This document shows positions 39,297 to 52,629 of a stretch of DNA of 60,569 bases, piece after piece. The DNA is from Octopus bimaculoides (Eukaryota), in the NCBI RefSeq assembly GCF_001194135.2, contig NC_069002.1, forward strand, positions 14,363,991 to 14,424,559. The letters run 5' to 3'. Within the stretch, counting starts at the first letter, position 1, and the number at the start of each line of letters is the position of its first letter. The position numbers and the translations under genes are program-made. Below the pieces are notes generated by a model, which saw only the letters and a list, made by a program, of their open reading frames with translations, searched no databases and had not been told where the DNA came from.

Positions 39297-40414
39297 GTAG
39301 TAAACCTATAGAATTCTTCTTGAATAATTAGAAAACGTTTGTGGAGATTATATTTCAATGAAGCTTAATGTTTCTATAGAATTCTAGAAACACTTCGTGA
39401 CAGTCGTTTTAGAAACTTAGTGAAGAATTTAACTTTTCCAGTGAGAGATATTTGTTTTTCAACACAAGCAACAACAACAAGAACAAGAACAACAACAACA
39501 ACATCAACAAGAACAAGAACAACAACAGCAACAAACAAGAAGAAGAAGAAAAACCAGAGACATGTCTTGATATTTAGTAAACATCATCGATATATTCTTT
39601 TCTGATAATTAATTTCTATTTATTCCTAAGATTCTGGGTATTTTTATATTTAAATCTTGAATTTGCTTTTTGTTTATGAAAAAAATTCTATTTAAGTTTA
39701 TTTTCCAATCAAACTGTAGCAAAATCAGTTTTAATTAGAAACACGAGAAAAAAAGAATCAACACCAACAGATATTATGATGTAAAATAGAAAACATGACG
39801 GATAAATTGCTAGACAAAATTATTTAGGTTCTAACATGAAAAGAGCTAATATAGCTTATGTATTATTATTATTATTATGATTATTATTAACTTTCACTAT
39901 ATAAATAATATATGATTTAATTATAAAAACGGAAATGTTGCCGTTCTATTCCTAAATCCCACACGGAGATTAACTATCATCGTATTATCTTTTGCTGTTA
40001 TGTTTGATCGTTTTATTTTTTATTTTTTTGAAAAGGCGTTGAATTTTGAATTTACGAAATATGTAAATTTGTTCACACCAGTAGGCTCCTAGGACGATGA
40101 GAGTTGAAGATCTCGGGCCAAGAAAACAATCACACATAGTGTTATTCAAATAGTTAAGCCTCCCCGTGTTCGTCTGGTCTGCAAGAAATAAGAGCTTAGG
40201 TTACACACAGCCAGAGTCAAGAGGAGGGCACTGTGTGGTGAAGCTCGACTTTTAATATACTTCAGTAAAAGATGCTTATCGCTCACGTAGGGATAAACCT
40301 AGTTGATTATTACAATTAGATTGTCTTATTCTAATTAATTAGTAATGACATGGCAAGCAATGGTACAGGATGACCAAAGAGGATTAGAAAGCAATAATAA
40401 TAATAATAATGATA

Positions 40415-40538
<124 letters not shown>

Positions 40539-40627
40539 TGTGTGTGTGATTTAAAGTGCAAAGAAAAGAGAAGAAAAATTTGAGTTATATCTCCGACTGT
40601 AAAGATATAATCAAGGTCATTGTAGAA

Positions 40628-40913
40628 CACCGATTCCCAAAGTGCGCGTTACTTTGGAGGGAGTGCAAACATCCGGTGGCAGGGTGAACGTTGAGAAAAA
40701 GTGGGGCGATAGTAGAGTAGCCAAAGTGGGTGATGGATGTAAAAAAAACCCAAATAGTGCGTAAATTAGATCAAGTTTCATTTGTGAAATACAGTTGTTT
40801 TGGATTTGTTGCACAGAGTGGCCTTTGTTAGTAGTGATGTGTGGGGGTGGGAGCTATGATTGTGGCATGGATTCCTAGGGAATGTGGGAGTCTGAAAAGT
40901 TTGGGAAACACTG
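40628..40913. mobile_element. hAT (Charlie-like) MITE, 286 bp
   Basis: Termini caccgattcccaaag / gtttgggaaacactg, with flanking 8-mers ttgtagaa and tcgtagaa (7/8). An 8-bp TSD with central TA is typical of Charlie-type hATs. Confidence 0.8.
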
Positions 40914-42096
40914 TCGTAGAATAATTTGCCCATTTTCTTCCTTTTCCCGTTTATATTCAACCTTCCAATTTTTGCATCTGTCTTCTCATTTTTTCTCGTG
41001 TTATTTCTTATACTAGCGTCCTACCAACATGATCGTAGCTAAAAGATTGAAATTAGTAACAGAATAATAGAGTAGAATGGAACGATTTTGCTTGGCCATT
41101 AATCAGCTGTGTTCTCATGGTAAAGTATGAAATTATGGTATATCTTTTGCTTAATGAAAGTCTATCTAGTGCAGAAGAGAAAAGAATAGAAGTACTGCTG
41201 TAATTCAAGATTTCGACAGATATATATAGGTAGTTAGGGAATATTTTTGAGTATCAGGATAATAGAAGCATCAATGCTGATATACGACGCTGGGTTGGCC
41301 TTGAAGAAATATTTAATAGAGGATATGAATGTAACCATCGATATTTGCGTGGGATGGTTTGTAGTAAATGATTTTTAGAATGAAATAAAGATAACCCATG
41401 GGATATTCAGGATTGTGGTAGTTTATAGCTGGAAGTCTCGGAGTTATAGCATGAATGTGAAAATACAGATAGAGATAAGATTAAATGGATATTGCATGTG
41501 AGTTGATAATTAAAAGGAAATTTAAATTCCGCTAAATGCAGTCAAACAAACAACAAACCATTACCATAAACAGACACAACAAACGAAAAGCAAAAATATG
41601 AGGTGGGAAGGGTGTCATCAAGATTAGTAAATCCAATGAAAAATTTAGATAGAAGTTACACCAATATTCAATTTTATACTGGTTAATAGAAGACCCAGAG
41701 GGTAGAGAAAACTGGTGAAAAAATATTCGGCGACTCCAACAACAACACAGCTTTAGTAAAGACTTGACTTGAAAGAATATCAAAACTAGATAGGACAAAC
41801 GACGTCAGGTGAGATTATGTAATACTTCCTAAAGCTATCTTTTTATACTGTGTATAAATAACTGTGTTTGTTGACAGAGCTAAGTAGGGAAGGCGAAATT
41901 TATTTGAAACTTTGTGGTTTATCTATTGGTGCTGAATGGACGAAAGAAGTCACATCATCTCCCAGTGGGTTTCGAACTCAAAAGCTATTTGGATGGAAGT
42001 TAATTTGAATTATTTATAGATCTTGGCACCATTACCATTGCTACAATGTACAAAAATATACATACACACATGAAAACATATATGTATATATATATG

Positions 42097-42137
<41 letters not shown>

Positions 42138-42175
42138 GTATATATATANNNNNNNNNNAAACATATATGTATATA

Positions 42176-42206
<31 letters not shown>

Positions 42207-43919
42207 CTGTGTGTGTGTGTGTGTGTGTACGTGTGTGTGTATGGGTATGTATATGTGTGTGAGTGTATATATATATCTGGGAGTCCTTCTACTAATGTAT
42301 GGCGATACATCAAATGATGTGTGGCTTTCATTGAAAACCACTCAGATGATATATCTAGTATTTAAAAACCACTCTACATCAGACAAGTGCCATTAAATAT
42401 ATTAATAAGCACTAAAAATGTGTGAAATTCAGATTATTCTATAGTTCTAAATCCCTGTGGTGTCATTTTCGCTTCAAGTACGAGAAATATTAAACTGCAT
42501 TAAACAACACGCTTCAACAGATATTAGCAATGTGCTGAAATAAAATAGAATTGAAATAAAAACAAGTAATAGATTTTTCAGTTCTATAAATCACAACACT
42601 TATCAATATTGTTATCAATAGGAATCGGCCGACTACACCAATCCACAGAGTTTGATCAACCCAAAGTAGAAAGGAGAATATGATATATAGTTTTAATATT
42701 CTCAGTCGATGAAGGCTGTTATATAGAACAACACACCATTTTCATAAATGTGTGATTCAAGACGGCTTGTTTGAAATATATGCCGTCTATAAAACGATGT
42801 GTGAATTGAGCAGAAATTTATTATCAGCATAGAAAGAAAATATGTCTGACAGACATATCGTCTTAGCAACTGATTGATATGAGACGTTGACTCCTGACAT
42901 CCAAAATAATTTATCATTTAGCTAGAGTATAAAATAGAAAATAAGATTATCAGATTTTTTGACTTAAAGTGATATTTCAAACTGTGTTGGCATTTAAAAA
43001 GGCTGTTGCAGCAACACATTCATAAACACGATCAGTACATTGTGGTCAGAAACACAACCTAATTAATTAATAGACTTTTTTTTTATATAAGTCCTCAGGT
43101 CGTAGTTTTCGTGTCATTTCCTGTAGAAGGCTTCAAAGCTATTTCTTTCTTTCTCATAAATTATTTAACCCTTTGTTCCATCAACAGAAGTACAAGAGTC
43201 ATCTATTGCTTCATGTCTTTTCTCAGTATTGATATTACACACACACACTCACACACTCACACATGCATATATGCATATATGCATATATGTATATCTGTCT
43301 CTGTCTCTGTCTGTCTGTCTGTCTGTCTGTAGATATATATATATATATACATNNNNNNNNNNNNNNNNNNNNNNNNNNNNNNNNNNNNNNNNNNNNNNNN
43401 NNNNNNNNNNNNNNNNNNNNNNNNNNNNNNNNNNNNNNNNNNNNNNNNNNNNNNNNNNNNNNNNNNNNNNNNNNNNNNNNNNNNNNNNNNNNNNNNNNNN
43501 NNNNNNNNNNNNNNNNNNNNNNNNNNNNNNNNNNNNNNNNNNNNNNNNNNNNNNNNNNNNNNNNNNNNNNNNNNNNNNNNNNNNNNNNNNNNNNNNNNNN
43601 NNNNNNNNNNNNNNNNNNNNNNNNNNNNNNNNNNNNNNNNNNNNNNNNNNNNNNNNNNNNNNNNNNNNNNNNNNNNNNNNNNNNNNNNNNNNNNNNNNNN
43701 NNNNNNNNNNNNNNNNNNNNNNNNNNNNNNNNNNNNNNNNNNNNNNNNNNNNNNNNNNNNNNNNNNNNTATATATATATATTTATATATATGACGTTGAC
43801 CACTAACGTGGACATTCAATGTGCTAGAAATAGATCACATCTATATATATATATATATATCCAGGAAAGATCATCGTGACGCTAAACAGAAATATAGACA
43901 GCATAGAACAGATGAGAAT

Positions 43920-44029
43920 AGAAGAAGAAGAAGAAGAAGAAGAAGAAGAAGAAGAAGAAGAAGAAGAAGAAGAAGAAGAAGAAGAAGAAGAAGAAGAAGA
44001 AGAAGAAGAAGAAGAAGAAGAAGAAGAAG
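43920..44029 (+). repeat. (GAA)n microsatellite, one of many tracts ((TA)n, (CA)n, (AAT)n, (ATAC)n, (ATCT)n, (AG)n, (ACT)n) across the window
   Basis: Directly visible. Confidence 0.99.
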
Positions 44030-44079
44030 AAATAGACGCAATAGATCATCTAACCATCTAAAGCAAGTGACAAAATAGG

Positions 44080-45268
44080 CAGTACTTGATGCCACCTCAA
44101 GAATAAGCGCAACTATGCCTCTTCTGGTTTTGATGATGTTACTTACTTGCTTCTGAAACGTAGCAGTTTCTTTTGCACCAGCTTTCATTCTTCTTTCAAT
44201 TTTACCTTAACAACTGCCTTACTTCAGAGTAGTGGAAAATTGTCAAAGTCATTCTCCTGTTCAAAAAATGTGATCACACATCAACTGTCAAGTAACGTCC
44301 AGCCAACCTTACTAGCTGCATCTAAAACGGATGGAGTCCTGAGTCAGAGAAACACTCTGGAACTGTTGGCGCTCTCACAGCCTTATTCGACTCTAACAAT
44401 TTGGATTTATCCATAACTCCAGCTGCGGCAGCCAACTCATCGAGTTTCTTGAGAACATCATCACCCGAGTTACTGATGGTGGCTCATAGGTGGATGTTAT
44501 CTGCCTTGACTTTGCTTCCCCAGGCATGGACATATTGAAGCTCAGATTCTGGCAGCTGACTCGATAGATATCCACAAAATTATCTGCTATCTTTCCAACA
44601 AAAACCTTCGGCATCTTTTTGAATTCTATGTGACAAATACTCACGGACATGCTTACAAAATCAAAAGACTACACAGCACCCATGACTTTCGGAAACATTT
44701 TTTCAAGCTCAGAGCTGTAAAGCGTGGAATAAACCACCCGCATCAGTCAATTCTGTGCCACACAAAAGACTCATTGCAAAACTCACAGCAATGGCTGTGA
44801 AAGATGATCTCTATAACTCGCTGAACTTCTTCATTCTCTGTTGGGAAGAGGTAGTTACGGTTCTAGGACTTCATTCTTCTCCCTATGACATCTGGTGTAC
44901 CACATGAATCCATTCTTGGACATTAGTGTTTGTTGCATATATCAAGGACATATATACCAACTTGATGAATGTTACAGAGTTGAAATATGCAGATGACATC
45001 AAGTTGTACCTCGAGATAAAAAGAACAGATCCTATTCGCTATAGATCTTACCTGCAATCAGACCTGGACACAATGCGGCAATGGATGTCTGACTGGCAAC
45101 TCATCTAGCTGTGGGAAAGTGCGTCACAATGCACTTTGAGAGGAAAAACCCAGCCTTTACCTACTTCCTCAGCAACACCAATCTCAAGAAATCTGGTGAA
45201 CGTGATTTGAGTATCATTGCAAACAACGATCTGCGTTGGACAAGCCACATCTCTAAGATTATCAAGAA
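44080..45268 (+). mobile_element. CR1-clade LINE reverse transcriptase fragment, rearranged
   Basis: EWKIVKVILLFKK, FGFIHNSSCGSQLIEFLEN, VDVICLDFA, SVPHKRLIAKL, LKYADDIKLY, WMSDWQL, KCVTMHF and ERDLSII...LRWTSHISKI, with stops and frameshifts. A 3'-end segment is inserted at 44517-44748. Confidence 0.9.
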
Positions 45269-46206
45269 TATTGAAGTGATTTAGCATTTTGTACTAGGAA
45301 TAATGTTTATATAAATGCGAATAAATAAATTAGAACAATTATAATATATAATAATGTTTTTTGATAATCATACATATGGGTATTCATTGTGGTACCTATT
45401 TCGTTTAATAAATTTTATAATACGGTGTATTTTCGAGCTTGTATACATATAATTATTTATAGCATAATATAACTATTGCCTTACTCTAATTTCGTTCCTT
45501 CTGAAAAACTGAGCAAAATTATGATATATTTTTTATTCATAGTTTATTTTCTCTTTATCTAAGAAATAATACAGTCTATAATTATCGTAGTAAATTGGGA
45601 CTTTTTACTTATTAGTTACTTGGAGTAACGTTTATATCAGTAACAATGAATAAATGAGAGTAGTTATTATATATAATTATATATTTTTTGAGTAATCATC
45701 CATATTTGAATATTATTGTTGCACATATAAATATTTAATAGATATACTAACATTATGTTCTCTCGAACGTGTATACGCATAAAAAATTATAGAATAAAAA
45801 TATTAGATTAACATAATTTATTTCCGTCTGTAAGACTAAGTAAATCTCTGATACTTCCTGGCGATCCATGGAGCAAAATGCCAGTTATTCCCCATCTATG
45901 TTAGGATCCCCAGAGAAAAGAACACAGCAAGAAGGGACTAACTCGAAAAATCGAGCAGCATGGATGGCCAAGCAGTCAGAGCTGGTGCTCCCGAATCGTG
46001 ATTCGGATATTTACAATGGTGTGAATACTGTAACTGTATATAGATATAGATCGATGTGTGTTTGACTGTATATGTCTCTATATACATTTCTGTGTGTCGA
46101 CATCAAAGGAATGCATAGACCACATGATGGCAAGTTATCCTCTCCTCTATTTGTAACAAGTTTTGGAATATTCTGAAATACACAGCAATAGTAACTGTTG
46201 TGTCCT

Positions 46207-46239
<33 letters not shown>

Positions 46240-47617
46240 TGTATTAGTGTTTCTCCATTCAGAAATATTATTGTGTGTGTGTTTGGTGCGTATGCGTGTG
46301 TATATGTGTGTCCATTGCTTTACAAGCAGGTTATGTACACCTATGAGTATTATCTTTGTGTTGTGTGTGTGTGTATTTTTAGACGTTTATTCTTTTATTC
46401 GTTTCAGTCATGCAGCTGCGGTCATGATGGAGCACCACCGTAGGATGTATANNNNNNNNNNNNNNNNNNNNNNNNNNNNNNNNNNNNNNNNNNNNNNNNN
46501 NNNNNNNNNNNNNNNNNNNNNNNNNNNNNNNNNNNNNNNNNNNNNNNNNNNNNNNNNNNNNNNNNNNNNNNNNNNNNNNNNNNNNNNNNNNNNNNNNNNN
46601 NNNNNNNNNNNNNNNNNNNNNNNNNNNNNNNNNNNNNNNNNNNNNNNNNNNNNNNNNNNNNNNNNNNNNNNNNNNNNNNNNNNNNNNNNNNNNNNNNNNN
46701 NNNNNNNNNNNNNNNNNNNNNNNNNNNNNNNNTATATATATATATATATATGCATATAAAACGATGACTACAGCATTAGTAATGCGTTCTTCAATAAACA
46801 AACGTTGAACAGCGCCTATGTTTCAAGTGCATCCCCAATACCATTTATACACAGATATCTACAGGCCTCTCTGTACATTTTTTATTAGCTGCAGAGATAA
46901 TGTGATTATTTAGAGGATATGATTAGTTTAGTTGAAGTGATAAAGATGCTTAATCGGCAGTGTTGTGTTGAAAGTGTCTCCCTCACCTTAATGACACCGG
47001 TGATATAGCTCAAGGGTTGCTCCTCTAATTTAATCCATTCAGAAACGACCTTCAATTATATTAGTTTGCTCCTTCCATTTACCGTAACCCATCGACCCAA
47101 AATGCAAATAAAAAAACAAAACAAAATACACTCTATCACTTTACACAATAAGTATAACCAATCAACAACGGAGATACTGTAGGGTCACTCGTCTTGGTAG
47201 AAATAGGGGCCGAATCCTTCCTCAAATCAAGTGCTACATGGGATACTCGACCCTGTAGTTCCAGATATGAAAAGAACTTCAGGTGGAGAGGCCTTTGATT
47301 ATAAGTCTTTTGAATCATACAAATCAGCGTTCAAACCACGTTACCTTGGTTCGTATTTCATTCAAATCGAATCAATAAAATTACAGCGTGGAGACAGCAA
47401 TTCGAAAACTCACAAAGACTTAACTTCACTAAAAACATTTATTTGGTAATGTTTATTAAAGTTTTTTGTTACACCGATTTTCATCTGGTCACTGACACGT
47501 TTCCATTGTTAATAGAATCACAGGTAATTCGACGAGAATTTTGACACCAAATAATGAATGGTAAAGTGAAAGTTAACATTTGTGTGTGTCTTTTTGAATG
47601 GCTAATATTGTTCTTCC

Positions 47618-47985
47618 GTGGAGGCGCAATGGCCCAGTGGTTAGGGCAGCGCACTCGCGGTCATAGGATCGCGGTTTCGATTCCCAGACCGGGTGTTGTG
47701 AGTGTTTATTGAGCGAAAACACCTAAAGCTCCACGAGGCTCCGGCAGGGGATGGTGGCGAACCCTGCTGTACTCTTCCACCACAACTTTCTCTCACTCTT
47801 ACTTTCTGTTGTGCCTATAATTCAAAGGGTCAGCGCTAGGCAAAACACCGAGTAGCATTTCGGCCACGTTTGAGTTCAAATTCCTTGCATTTTATCCTTT
47901 CGGGCTCGATGGATGGAATGAGTACCAGTTGAACACCGGGGTCGATGTAACCGACTTAGCCCCTCCCTCAAAATTCCTGGCCACT
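47618..47985 (+). mobile_element. Family B SINE 5' half joined to a headless family A SINE body
   Basis: 47618-47834 closely matches the reverse complement of about 33040-33258. From 47835 the sequence follows family A (tttgagttcaaattcc...cctttcggg...gagtaccagttgaacaccggggtcgatgtaaccgact). Confidence 0.85.
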
Positions 47986-48562
47986 GGCAAATTTTGTAAT
48001 CAACATTTCTATTCCATGTTGTATTTGTTTTAGATTCAAAACACGGTTTCAGATCAAGCCATTTGAGACAAGTACATCTGTGAAACCAATGAATAATGTC
48101 AATCGAATAAATACGAAATTTCTTTTGATCTGAATGTTATTGCGTCGGTGTATTTAATAGACTGCTTCGCTTGTACAGTATGGTCGAATGTTTTAGAAGT
48201 TCGCATTCCAACAATGAGGCCCTGGGTTCAATTTTACTACCTGACATCGTGGTCATATGATATTTTCAGTAGCCTCGGGCTGCCCCATATCTTCAGTGAA
48301 AATGAACTGACGGAAACTGTAGAGAAGCACACAGCAAGATTTTATTTATAATTCAGAATATAAAGTTTCGTCGCACATTGTATTTCGTTGATTCTACCCG
48401 AGAATTACATTAAGGATACATGTACCTGTAAAATATTCAGCCAGTTAACACATTACCTCAAGAGTAGATAATTCAGTTGATCGACGAGTGAATACTTGCC
48501 GTCGGGCGACGGTGATCCACCATCCCAGAGCAGTATATCTATGACGATATATTTGTCAGTTT

Positions 48563-48840
48563 GTGGAGTTCAGTGGCCTAGTGGTTAGGTATGTTACTCT
48601 CAGAATCGCAAGGTCGTGGTTTCGACACTCTAAACGGTTGCGGGTTGTGTTCTTGGGTAAAACACTTCATTTCACATCGCTTTAGTCCACTCACCTGTAA
48701 GTGGGTAACCTTGTCTCGGAATAACCTTCCAATGAGGGGGAATGTTGTCCTGCTCTCCTAACCAGCAGGGTGATATCATTCGAAACCTAAAGTGATACAA
48801 AGCGCACTGTGACCGGCGATGTAAAACAATATCCATTAAT
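48563..48840 (+). mobile_element. tRNA-derived SINE family E, diverged
   Basis: gtggcctagtggttagg (A box), gtggtttcgacac (B box-like), then a CORE-like ttgtgttcttgggtaaaacacttcatttcac. Confidence 0.75.
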
Positions 48841-50354
48841 CGGATCGATATCGCGATATAGTGAAATTAGTCTATATACATTTGATATATTATTTACGTA
48901 TTTTGCTGAGTCCAAATACGTAAACTAAAATCAAAATTAACGCAAAGCCATTACAATTCAAAACAAATCTCACAGCCTGATTACAGTTAATCTCCCTTCT
49001 TAATAACAGAGAATCGAATATTCTGAAAAACACATTAATAACTGCCATGTAGTGTGATTCTTTGGAGTAAAAGAGCGGACAGAACAAATACCTGAATGAA
49101 TTACTTTGCCGATTTGCTTTAAGTGACTTAATCCTAATTTTAAACTTTGTCCAGAGAAGAATATTTTAGTGGTACTAAACTTGTGCTAAAACCAAAGAAT
49201 AAGAATGGACCTTCTGCACAGAATATTGTTTGAGAATAAATTCTGTATAATAGAATTATGAAGCGTTCGTATCATACACATTTTTGATATAATATTTTAC
49301 AATATTATATAGTAGATTCTAATAAATGTGGCTATTATATACAGCAGACAGGCACACATATGTGTGTGCGTGTATATATATATATATATATATNNNNNNN
49401 NNNNNNNNNNNNNNNNNNNNNNNNNNNNNNNNNNNNNNNNNNNNNNNNNNNNNNNNNNNNNNNNNNNNNNNNNNNNNNNNNNNNNNNNNNNNNNNNNNNN
49501 NNNNNNNNNNNNNNNNNNNNNNNNNNNNNNNNNNNNNNNNNNNNNNNNNNNNNNNNNNNNNNNNNNNNNNNNNNNNNNNNNNNNNNNNNNNNNNNNNNNN
49601 NNNNNNNNNNNNNNNNNNNNNNNNNNNNNNNNNNNNNNNNNNNNNNNNNNNNNNNNNNNNNNNNNNNNNNNNNNNNNNNNNNNNNNNNNNNNNNNNNNNN
49701 NNNNNNNNNNNNNNNNNNNNNNNNNNNNNNNNNNNNNNNNNNNNNNNNNNNNNNNNNNNNNNNNNNNNNNNNNNNNNNNNNNNNNNNNNNNNNNNNNNNN
49801 NNNNNNNNNNNNNNNNNNNNNNNNNNNNNNNNNNNNNNNNNNNNNNNNNNNNNNNNNNNNNNNNNNNNNNNNNNNNNNNNNNNNNNNNNNNNNNNNNNNN
49901 NNNNNNNNNNNNNNNNNNNNNNNNNNNNNNNNTATATATATACATATATGCATATATATATATATGCATATATATGTAGATATACACACATATACCTATA
50001 TGTACATATATATATAAGAAGATAAAGAAGTAATTAACGAATTATTAATTATTAATTAAAAATTCACAATTATAATTTATTAGTTACCTCTCTATGTTCT
50101 TATAACATGTAAATAAATATAACCCACGGTTTATATAGCTACCTTGCAGTTGTGTATTAACTGTAAAGTTCAACATTCTTTGTATAGGTAACTAACCAGT
50201 ACTTTCATAGGATTTTGCTATCCCTGAACGAAGTTTATATATAAAAGTACGAAGTATATATAAAAGTAAATATGAGTGATAGTACTATCAAAATACCATC
50301 ACTAATGGCAGCGAATACCAGCCGTACAGGCAAAATTAAGAAAATATATATAAG

Positions 50355-50405
<51 letters not shown>

Positions 50406-50905
50406 CAAGGGTACTACGTGAGCACCTGCATCGTTAATAGAAGTAAAGAATACTTCTGTGCCACGGAATAGTCACAAAATTAATACAAGCATGGTTGGAA
50501 AAAATTCTAGTGAAGAATAAAATCGTCTTACCGCAGCAAAAGTAATGCTGGTTAGTTTGGTATAATGATTACGAATTTAACGCTAAACGGTACCTCATTC
50601 TCGTCAGTGGTGTCTGGCCACTACAAAAAAAAAAAAAAAAANNNNNNNNNNAAAAAAAAAAAAAAAAACAATTTGCAAGCATAGTGGAGGTAAATTTTAG
50701 TAGTTGTTGGGTGGCAAGTTTGGCTGAAGATAATCAGGCACCGCAAGGCGCTAAATTCGAAATCATGATATCAAACTAACCAGCATTTATTGTTCCCAGG
50801 AATTTTTCCCTATGATGGTTGTATTAATTATGTAACTATTCCGTGGATGAGAAGAATTTTTTTATTTCCATCTTTAGCGATGCATGTGCTCACGTAGTAC
50901 CCTTG
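50406..50905. mobile_element. TA-flanked foldback MITE with long terminal inverted repeats, about 500 bp
   Basis: The first 20 bp, CAAGGGTACTACGTGAGCAC, match the other end perfectly (27/28 when extended). Further internal matches are ccacggaatagt...aattaatacaa and atgctggttagtttg...atgatt-cgaattta. Both ends sit in (TA)n. Confidence 0.9.
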
Positions 50906-51949
50906 TATATATATATATATATATATATNNNNNNNNNNNNNNNNNNNNNNNNNNNNNNNNNNNNNNNNNNNCATATACATATATATGTTTGAATGATTAG
51001 ATGTGCTTGACCCACGATGATTAAATCACGAAGGTTGGTTTCGGCTCCAAAGTTAATGGCGTTAAACTCCTTCCGTTCCATATGCACCGAGGTCCTTCAT
51101 ATTATTATTTCCCTTATATATATATATATAGTGTTCAGACAGAGAACTCACACACACACACTCACACTCGCGCGCAAGCATATATATTCCTTCTCTAATG
51201 ATACCAGGTGAGCGAAAATTATGCTACAATTAAGTACACAAATGCAAAGTACAGTGCAGTGAAATTGAACCGAAAATGTCTCAGTCACATATTTTTAAGA
51301 CGGCAGTGTATGATGTGAATGAGACTTGGCTCCTAATTCAAGTCGATCGAGCTACTATGGAGAGACGTCATCAGCAAAATCCCATCCCCACCAGGTACTG
51401 TCAGGTGCTTTATTCGTTAATGTTATTATGTCGAAGTTATTGTTCTAGTTTGATGTTATTTTAATGCCAGTGGTCTTATTCTCTTTAAGATAATTCATTT
51501 CAGTGGAAGCCATATTTAATATCTCTCTCGGCTTTCAAAGCCATTTTTAGAATTACCTGCAACAATTCAGGTATTATGAAAGCATTCTACAATAAATACA
51601 TTAACTGGACGAATGTTTGTCTAATGAGTATATATCTAACTTGGTTTAGAAATAAAATATCCTACTGGCCATATACCAAGAATCGCCACAAGTCAAAGAG
51701 TTATATGTTTGTAGTACACATTTAGTTGGTTCATATGTAAGATTGAATGAAATAGAAAGGCGAGCAGCTGACCAATAGCAATCCTGCAGCTGTAGGATTG
51801 TTGAGAATTACCCACAAGCTAGTAACAGTTTTCACAGTCAATACTACACAGCATTAATGTAGTAACAAGCAACGGCTATTAAACTGTAGTTTAGACTAGG
51901 GCAACGAAGCTAAAATTCTAAGATCGATTATATAAACATTAGCACTAAT

Positions 51950-52350
51950 AAGTCAACTCTGAATAAAAATGTAATACGATTTTCTGAAAATTTATTTGAT
52001 TAGATACATAATTATTACAAGGGATTCGCAAAACGCCACGCCACGCGCTGAAAATAGACATTAAAACAACCTTAAAATCTCCAAAAATACAGGTTGTAGT
52101 CGAGCAAGATAATAAAATAGATTTTTGGTTAATCACGCATAAGATCTCATTTTAAGCTAAAGGTACAAAATACCTACTGCTATCATCAACGTCTATATTC
52201 CGTCGTATAAATGTTTAAGTATTTACCGTCTATTTTCAGTACGTGGTGAGGCATTTTGCAAATCCCTTGTTATAATTATGTATATAATTATTAACATAAT
52301 ATTTGGAAAATTTACCTATAAGATTTTTATTTTCGTGCTGACCTCCTGAT
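51950..52350. mobile_element. Degenerate foldback/MITE
   Basis: aattattacaagggattcgcaaaacgccacgccacgcgctgaaaatagac (52010-52059) versus the reverse complement of 52228-52277, aattataacaagggatttgcaaaatgcctcaccacgtactgaaaatagac. Weaker similarity continues outward. Confidence 0.7.
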
Positions 52351-52629
52351 AAAATCATAAATGATTTTATCCTTATTTTATAATTAATATCAGAAAATTT
52401 TCATTCCGAATCAAAGTTGCATTCACTGAAGCATTATTTTGATATACAAACACGTGGTTGAAAAGAACGAAGTAAATTCTCTTGTTACTATATATTTTTG
52501 CAAATGTGTATACATATTGCTGTGCGACGGATCAGCTCGTATGGATAAGTGTGGATATTTGTACGTTTATACAGCGGAATATCGACGCTGATCATAGCAG
52601 TAGATATTTTTTTCACCTTTAGCTTGAAA

